A DNA stretch of 64,000 bases from Antedon mediterranea (lineage: Eukaryota; Animalia; Echinodermata), in the NCBI RefSeq assembly GCF_964355755.1, contig NC_092675.1:15844912-15908911 (forward strand), written 5' to 3'. Below the pieces are notes generated by a model. It was not told the DNA's origin and did not search any database. It saw only the letters and a list, made by a program, of their open reading frames with translations. The first letter of the stretch is position 1, and the number at the start of each line of letters is the position of its first letter. Shown here piece by piece: positions 61,001 to 64,000 of the stretch. Made by a program: the position numbers and the translations under genes.

Positions 61001-63659
61001 CAACCGTCCCCCGGACAACCGTCCCCCGGACAACCGTCCCCGGTTGTCCAGGGGTAGTTGGTGGGGGGTATTTGTCCGGGGGGGTAGTTGTCCTAAGGGG
61101 GTAGTTGTCCTAAGGGGGTAGTGGTCCAGGTGGTGGTTGTCCGGGGGGTTAAATGTCCAGGGGGTGAATGTCCAGGGGGTGAATATCCGGATACGTGTAA
61201 AATCATGTATAGTTTGTTAATATTAAAAAAACTAGTAAACATTAATACCAAAAACAATTGCATTAACAGATGAACTTCTATGGAATAATTAAGAAATATA
61301 AACATAGAAATGGAAAAACATTAAAATTGTATTAATGTGATATTAGATGTCAAACAGGGGATTCAGTATTAATATATTAAATAGTGGAATTAGTATTTAT
61401 ATATACTGTATGTTTAATCTCAAATCATTTAATGTAGCTTATCAATTTTTCAGTTTAAAATGAAATGAACATAAGTATTTCTCTCACTCTATAAAAAGTT
61501 TTTTCCCCATTTTGTCATTAATTTTGCCTCCTTCCCTAAATCTGCTTGGCAAACACATTAAAGTTTGAAAATTAATGTTATATATATATATATATGTAAT
61601 AATAGTATTAAATTACTCCCCTACACAAGTGTGCTTCCAACCTTAGACTTTATGGACAGTAATCAATGTAGTACTTCATGGTGAAAATAAAAATATAAAT
61701 TTGCATAATTGTACAAGTGGAACTGAAAGGTTCTGGAATGTACTTAGATAAACATATAATGATAACATATTGTTTGTCCATTCTAGAGAAAATGATTTTA
61801 TAGATTATATATACAATTTTAGCTTTATAATATCTTTTTGAATTATCAGCTTTAGTAATTGCCTTGTTAAAAATATATAATCGAAATTGAACTGATAAAC
61901 TGCAAATATGATGTTAATGTACCAAATATGTAAAAGGCCTATAATAAAATACAGTACGTGATTAGATATGAATACAAAAATACCAACGGCCACTTTATGT
62001 TGATTCTTTAAACAAAACCCTCAATTATTAATTACAAATTTGTAGCAAGATTGGAAAACTCAGCCAATGGTGCCTTATAGACAAGGAATATTGCCATTTT
62101 TTAAAATAATAATTTATCAAATAACCAGTTAATTACATCAAATTCCATCAAATAATGAAGTGAATCTGGCCAAAAAGTGTGAAAAATTTAAGAATTGCCA
62201 ATTTTCAAATGGCATTGAAGTTAATTCTTAACCAATGCAGGTGCCCCATGGACGACAAGCAATTAATATATGCTTTAATAATAATATTAGGGAATGGAAT
62301 TTCATACGCTGAATATTATATGACAAAAGCATGACATGGAGAGAGTAAATTTTCCCTATTGCCTTACCTTCTACAATTGTAATCAGATCTGCAGTGCCTA
62401 TAAATAAATAATCATTCATTCTATTGTTTAAGAGTTTAAATTTGACGTACATACAAGATACAAGAAAACTTTATTCATCCCAACTTGGAAAATTGTGTTG
62501 CTGTCAATGTCTAATAACAATGCCGTATTTAAAAGAGAAATGATAGGCCTAATACATAAGTGTGATAATAATAATAATAACAATAAAAGTGTATCGTAAT
62601 AAATTCCCCTATCTTTGATACCTTTCATTATAGTCTCGTATGCCCATTGGGAGGAAGGAGAGACGATGGCGTTCAGTGGATCCCCGTGGCGGCCTCAGTC
62701 TACCACTACGTTCAATAAGGCAGTCGGCAATGTCCGAGTTAAGGGGATGACTAACATCATTCTATATCACTCTAAACATATTGCGCAACCGTTGATAGAC
62801 CGAGTCCACCACAGGTAATTCATATCCAACCATCCTCCCTGCCCTCATCACCAACCTGTCTATTCTATCCCTATCACCCTTACCGACATTCCCACCCCAA
62901 CCCAACAGACAATATCCCCAAACTGAACTAATCACTGACATGTATATGTCATTAAAAATACACAAACCAAAAGTGGTGTTGGTAGTCAAAAAGTGTCGTC
63001 TATCTGATAGAGAATAGAGAGGATACTCTTTCATTTTGTAACATGGTTGTTGTTGTTCATACTGATAACATCATTTTTGTGCCAATTAATAAAAGGATTT
63101 GTTGACATGTGTTTTATGGTATTTATTTATTTTGGTATGATATAGATATAGTATAACCTCAAATTAGGTTCAATTAACCTCAACTTCAATTCCGACAGTC
63201 GCAACTGACAGTAAAAAATATAGTTGCAATGTAGCCTTTTTTTGTAAAGAAATACCAAAACCCATTTTTTTTCTTTTGGGATTTTTCAATAGAAACCTGG
63301 TCATACTAAAGATAGATGGAAGCTTCATTCCTTACATTATTAAAGAGTTTTTTGCACACTGCAGATTGTTTCATATGTACTTCACAGCCATTTATTATGA
63401 ATGTCAGTGCTGAATTAATTGTAAATAACAGGTTGTGTAGGATTTTTATATTATTTTTATTCGCATATCACAATTTAGTCAGAAAAAAGGATAGAAAAGC
63501 TCAAAGAAACAGTCTGTGTCAGAATGTTTAGGTTAGCTTTGGATCAGAACCACCTAGCTAGTGTTAAACCAAACGCATTCTGGAGATAAAACATCAGGAG
63601 GAAATATGTTATTTATTACAATAAATTAAACAAATACTAACCTGCTGTAGTTTGAGCAG
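18929..63659 (-). CDS. Receptor-type protein tyrosine phosphatase (PTP69D/PTPRA-like core): Thr-rich, 5xHYR, EGF-like, 2xIg, 3xFN3, TM, PTP D1, PTP D2; 5' end outside window
   Basis: 38 GT-AG exons with compatible phases sum to 5225 nt (~1740 codons) ending in TAA at 18929-18931. D1 motifs [39 protein letters not shown]; D2 motifs KNRLLQVIP and [10 protein letters not shown]. Linkage of the N-terminal exons to the phosphatase is inferred from strand and phase. Confidence 0.9.
19420..19555 (-). CDS. RPTP D2 exon ([13 protein letters not shown]...QRPHMVQNF)
   Basis: 136 nt, canonical splice sites, P-loop and Q-loop motifs. Confidence 0.93.
19687..19852. mobile_element. Tc1/pogo-like MITE remnant (TA-flanked, CAGTAGAA termini)
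   Basis: ta|cagtagaa...ttctactg|ta; internal ctattaagggg.acacc shared with a related copy at ~34186-34424. Confidence 0.55.
20128..20282 (-). CDS. RPTP D2 exon ([14 protein letters not shown]...PIVVHCS)
   Basis: 155 nt; WPD loop replaced by WPP. Confidence 0.92.
21005..21679. repeat. 27-bp minisatellite, ~25 near-identical copies (tgaagcctctatggcataggcctatag)
   Basis: Exact period of 27; accounts for ORFs 20982..21773 and 20999..21700; intronic. Confidence 0.97.
22519..22731. mobile_element. PIF/Harbinger-type MITE
   Basis: TIRs ggtctttcacacctgt.ccg.cacggttcc / ggaaccgtgtcggacaggtgtgaaagacc; internal (ggtcc)n pentamers. Confidence 0.75.
22897..23031 (-). CDS. RPTP D2 exon ([10 protein letters not shown]...REFQVTNTK)
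   Basis: 135 nt, phase 0-0, KCxxYWP motif. Confidence 0.92.
23461..23532 (+). tRNA. tRNA-like cloverleaf (anticodon ATC); probable pseudogene or TE-borne tRNA derivative
   Basis: Acceptor gccccag/ttggggc, D stem gtct/ggac, anticodon stem tctgc/gcagg with loop atATCaa, T stem ccgag/ctcgg with loop tttgagt (non-canonical), T5 tract just downstream. Confidence 0.55.
23876..24010 (-). CDS. RPTP D2 exon ([14 protein letters not shown]...DFWRMVWD...ENGR)
   Basis: 135 nt, canonical splice sites. Confidence 0.93.
24060..24230 (-). mobile_element. SINE central-domain fragment (Nin/Deu-like)
   Basis: ggttctttaaagtgcac...ggaactacaggtttaagtcattatcc..gaagact resembles a conserved SINE core recalled from invertebrates; similar ggacctacggtttatagtccttat at ~27997-28020. 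Confidence 0.4.
24471..24547 (-). CDS. RPTP D2 exon (DINRVKL...[10 protein letters not shown])
   Basis: 77 nt, DYINAS motif. Confidence 0.93.
24830..25010 (+). mobile_element. Degraded RTE-type LINE 3' fragment
   Basis: Translates ..[26 protein letters not shown], resembling the RTE ORF C-terminal W.P..GKR..GRP motif. Confidence 0.45.
25167..25260 (-). CDS. RPTP D2 first exon (...[12 protein letters not shown])
   Basis: 94 nt; KNRL in place of KNRY, reminiscent of PTPRA D2. Confidence 0.92.
25460..25609 (-). CDS. RPTP D1-D2 linker exon ([13 protein letters not shown]...LELEFR)
   Basis: 150 nt, QYxFIH.AL motif. Confidence 0.93.
25825..26515. repeat. 15-bp (locally 18-bp) minisatellite ctctgacagctacc(c/g)
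   Basis: Visible period; intronic; accounts for ORFs 25682..26557 and 25823..26482. Confidence 0.93.
26552..26687 (-). CDS. RPTP D1 exon ([13 protein letters not shown]...QRNLLVQSQ)
   Basis: 136 nt, P-loop and Q-loop. Confidence 0.95.
26969..27107. mobile_element. hAT-type MITE (139 bp)
   Basis: TIR cagtggcgt/acgccactg; 8-bp TSD agcatctg/atcatctg (7 of 8 match). Confidence 0.75.
27520..27692 (-). CDS. RPTP D1 exon ([13 protein letters not shown]...GPLTVHCS)
   Basis: 173 nt; intact WPD loop and catalytic Cys. Confidence 0.95.
28201..28320 (-). CDS. RPTP D1 exon (EKCAQYWPD...IRKFRVQN)
   Basis: 120 nt, phase 0-0. Confidence 0.94.
28598..28695 (-). CDS. RPTP D1 exon ([16 protein letters not shown]...EKGR)
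   Basis: 98 nt. Confidence 0.94.
29016..29052 (-). CDS. RPTP D1 exon ([13 protein letters not shown])
   Basis: 37 nt, IAAQG motif. Confidence 0.92.
29243..29319 (-). CDS. RPTP D1 exon (DHSRVIL...[11 protein letters not shown])
   Basis: 77 nt. Confidence 0.94.
29713..30032. mobile_element. Nested MITEs: Harbinger-like MITE (~29740-29902) inserted in the left arm of a palindromic MITE
   Basis: Inner element tgtctaca.tatcaaact...agtttgattgtgtagacagagct, with related copies at ~35876-35997 and ~43555-43705. Outer arms gagctttgatttg...gacaac + ctaggtcatgtcaa versus ttgacatgacctag..gttgtc...caaatcaaaagctc. Confidence 0.7.
30064..30154 (-). CDS. RPTP D1 exon (...[13 protein letters not shown])
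   Basis: 91 nt, KNRY pTyr-recognition loop. Confidence 0.94.
31478..31566 (-). CDS. RPTP juxtamembrane/wedge exon (YPAIAIDRL...LFNQEYK)
   Basis: 89 nt; resembles the wedge region of PTPRA/LAR. Confidence 0.9.
32078..32172 (-). CDS. RPTP juxtamembrane exon (HRRVEIG...ENDGYIQ)
   Basis: 95 nt, phases 2-1 fit both neighbours; basic stop-transfer residues. Confidence 0.82.
32316..33637 (-). mobile_element. Internally deleted hAT transposon with 5-bp TSD (hAT5-like) retaining a decayed dimerization domain
   Basis: 15-bp TIR caggggcgcagccag/ctggctgcgcccctg; aatgg on both flanks; minus strand ~33115-33545 reads TVEDYYR... and [39 protein letters not shown]. Confidence 0.88.
33960..34044 (-). CDS. 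RPTP transmembrane exon ([28 protein letters not shown])
   Basis: 85 nt; ~23 hydrophobic residues. Confidence 0.92.
35725..35760 (-). CDS. RPTP 36-nt stalk microexon ([11 protein letters not shown]), possibly alternative
   Basis: aatcag acceptor and gtatgt donor; phase 1-1, frame-preserving. Confidence 0.6.
   Translation of the reverse strand: MKAAENQLDLQ
36578..36620 (-). CDS. RPTP exon ending the membrane-proximal FN3 ([14 protein letters not shown])
   Basis: 43 nt, phase 0-1. Confidence 0.82.
37569..37731 (-). CDS. RPTP FN3-3 exon (EEVTIGSG...SGRKRS...[17 protein letters not shown])
   Basis: 163 nt; YNGxL....Y motif of the membrane-proximal RPTP FN3. Confidence 0.9.
38016..38165 (-). 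CDS. RPTP FN3-3 exon (CYAVVVIQL...PYIAEVFN)
   Basis: 150 nt, phase 2-2; PYIA motif. Confidence 0.88.
39620..39750 (+). mobile_element. Penelope-like element ORF fragment (RT to GIY-YIG linker)
   Basis: [18 protein letters not shown] then, after a frameshift, [18 protein letters not shown]; matches a recalled PLE linker motif LPFKDQ...PVFTSRK. Confidence 0.55.
40140..40540 (+). mobile_element. LINE (L2/Rex-Babar-like) 3' end fragment
   Basis: [24 protein letters not shown] (R...SF.P motif), then AATAAA and a (tatct)n tail. Confidence 0.55.
40574..40679 (-). CDS. RPTP FN3-3 first exon (PSFIMQP...STRNGPIS)
   Basis: 106 nt, NGPI motif. Confidence 0.88.
40800..41725 (-). mobile_element. HINE (Helentron-associated element), second family
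   Basis: Subterminal IRs ggttatccgc (40833-40842) / gcggataacc (41711-41720); hairpin aactcgtc-acttcg-gacgagtt; CTAGT terminus on the minus strand. Confidence 0.75.
41911..42100 (-). CDS. RPTP FN3-2 exon b (VYYTIES...[12 protein letters not shown]...TPAG)
   Basis: 190 nt; FN3 tyrosine-corner pattern. Confidence 0.9.
42494..42597 (-). CDS. RPTP FN3-2 exon a (PSPPTEV...[17 protein letters not shown])
   Basis: 104 nt; W..P...NG.I..Y motif. Confidence 0.9.
44586..44864 (-). CDS. RPTP FN3-1 exon (KPDSVDDL...VSW...[19 protein letters not shown])
   Basis: 279 nt, phase 1-1; L.P.T.Y..RV motif. Confidence 0.92.
45194..45517 (-). CDS. RPTP Ig domain 2 exon (I-set)
   Basis: 324 nt; [14 protein letters not shown]...[10 protein letters not shown]. 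Confidence 0.93.
45460..45945. repeat. ~200-bp tandem triplication spanning the Ig2 exon acceptor
   Basis: ttt.tcctaat...cttcttgg.ttt.agg.gacaaa...gtgtgaaatt.aaatgg recurs at ~45460, ~45660 and ~45860. Confidence 0.8.
46238..46543 (-). CDS. RPTP Ig domain 1 exon
   Basis: 306 nt; LRC...W.KDG...DLGRYNC; many N-x-S/T sites. Confidence 0.92.
46671..47505. mobile_element. piggyBac-type non-autonomous element (835 bp)
   Basis: TTAA|ccctttcactgcg...cgcagtgaaaggg|TTAA: perfect 13-bp TIR and TTAA TSD. Confidence 0.9.
47706..47837 (-). CDS. RPTP EGF-like (laminin/scavenger-type) exon
   Basis: 132 nt, phase 1-1; [41 protein letters not shown]. Confidence 0.85.
48332..48879. mobile_element. Kolobok-type non-autonomous element
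   Basis: 16-bp TIR agatgtattgtccctt/aagggacaatacatct; flanks tcaa/ttaa (degenerate TTAA TSD); AG terminus. Confidence 0.75.
49852..49860 (-). CDS. Candidate 9-nt RPTP microexon (EPT) between HYR5 and EGF
   Basis: tttcttttatctacattcaag|AACCTACAG|gtaaag; phase 1-1. Confidence 0.4.
50517..50759 (-). CDS. RPTP HYR domain 5 exon
   Basis: 243 nt; DEKPILDC...PTATDN...PPSGSEF..G...[17 protein letters not shown]. Confidence 0.9.
51367..51953 (+). mobile_element. Full-length HINE (Helentron-associated non-autonomous element)
   Basis: 5' ttattacctccgccaaggaggt; (gt)n/(gtct)n microsatellite; 3' ggcggaggt + hairpin gtactc-tcg-gagtac + ctagtt. Confidence 0.82.
51731..51798 (-). pseudogene. tRNA-Glu(CTC)-like segment embedded in the HINE
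   Basis: Minus strand tggtgtaatggtt (A box)...ctCTCac...ggttcaagtcc (B box). Confidence 0.55.
52155..52388 (-). CDS. RPTP HYR domain 4 exon
   Basis: 234 nt; [10 protein letters not shown]...VNATDNVDG...[23 protein letters not shown]. Confidence 0.9.
53509..53748 (-). CDS. RPTP HYR domain 3 exon
   Basis: 240 nt; [10 protein letters not shown]...VNWHDP.VVDNSG...[18 protein letters not shown]. Confidence 0.88.
54278..54523 (-). CDS. RPTP HYR domain 2 exon
   Basis: 246 nt; PVIICP...PTVKDNVD...[19 protein letters not shown]. Confidence 0.9.
54812..55054 (-). CDS. RPTP HYR domain 1 exon
   Basis: 243 nt; APNFTCP...PTATDNVDG...[29 protein letters not shown]. Confidence 0.9.
55387..56472. repeat. 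39-bp minisatellite, ~28 copies (tacatgcaggtagatcggacatt[a/g]gtatattgaagtaca)
   Basis: Exact period of 39; accounts for four overlapping repetitive ORFs; intronic. Confidence 0.97.
56673..56990 (+). mobile_element. tRNA-derived SINE with CORE-like centre and L2-type tail
   Basis: A box gtggcgcagtg, B box ggttcgaatcc; ggcaagatacttt...ctctccacccaggtgta...atgggtacc; tail gtaaagcgcc...gcgctatataaat...(tat)n. Confidence 0.85.
57607..57711 (-). CDS. RPTP Thr-rich exon with an internal 30-bp repeat ([10 protein letters not shown])x3
   Basis: 105 nt, phase 1-1; tactgtag acceptor, gtaaga donor. Confidence 0.75.
58205..58249 (-). CDS. RPTP Thr/Pro-rich microexon ([14 protein letters not shown])
   Basis: 45 nt, phase 1-1. 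Confidence 0.72.
60391..60450 (-). CDS. RPTP Thr-rich small exon ([19 protein letters not shown])
   Basis: 60 nt, phase 1-1. Confidence 0.7.
60963..61194. mobile_element. Small foldback-type element built from 15-bp subrepeats
   Basis: Left (ggacaaccgtccccc)n facing right (gggggtagttgtcc.)n in inverted orientation. Confidence 0.65.
62460..62975 (-). mobile_element. LINE (L2/Rex-Babar-like) ORF2 C-terminal fragment plus 3' UTR
   Basis: [17 protein letters not shown]...[15 protein letters not shown], then DVSHPL...[24 protein letters not shown]. Confidence 0.7.
63642..63659 (-). CDS. RPTP 18-nt microexon (AQTTA)
   Basis: ttttatatctttcag|CTGCTCAAACTACAGCAG|gttagt; phase 1-1; Thr-containing like its neighbours. 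Confidence 0.6.
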
Positions 63660-64000
63660 CTGAAAGATATAAAACAAATAATTATTAAAGTGTAAGCTTT
63701 TATGTGAAATGACACAAGAATGGAGGACTACAGTATCTTTAATTTACAGTTTTTCATGTAACTATAACTATGTGACATTAAAATGAAATATTAAACAACA
63801 AAAAATATTAATATTTATATATTAATTATTTTTTCGGGTGACAATATTTAAGCAAATAATGAAAAAGAGGCTTTATTATAAAAACAATTCTTTTTATCAT
63901 GGAAAATTGTTAAATTTTGAAGTAAAATCATTGACTTAATAAAAACCAAAATTTAGATTATTTTTTTTTATAATCTGACCCTAAGTTTTCTAAATAATGC

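Overview
This is AT-rich eukaryotic (metazoan) genomic DNA. HYR domains and the repeat families suggest a marine invertebrate, possibly an echinoderm (inference). Three minus-strand genes are visible. (1) The first coding exon of an unidentified acidic protein with two NPF motifs (5055-5429). (2) A GT31 beta-1,3-galactosyltransferase with a single coding exon (12466-13527). (3) A >45 kb receptor protein tyrosine phosphatase, reconstructed by hand from 38 phase-consistent GT-AG exons plus one candidate 9-nt microexon (18929-63659; the 5' end lies outside the window). Its architecture is Thr-rich microexons, 5 HYR, EGF-like, 2 Ig, 3 FN3, TM, PTP-D1 (active motifs), PTP-D2 (degenerate motifs) and a YANYK tail: a PTP69D/PTPRA-like core with an unusual HYR/EGF/mucin extension. 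Introns and intergenic DNA carry many repeats: a 2.9 kb foldback element; hAT, piggyBac, Kolobok, Harbinger and Tc1-type non-autonomous elements; Helentron-associated HINEs carrying a tRNA-like insert; a tRNA-SINE; LINE and Penelope relics; and several minisatellites. A ~150 bp inverted repeat holds two intact minimal type I hammerhead ribozymes in opposite orientations (8566-8614 minus, 8754-8802 plus). All coordinates were read by eye, and family assignments rest on recalled motifs rather than database searches.
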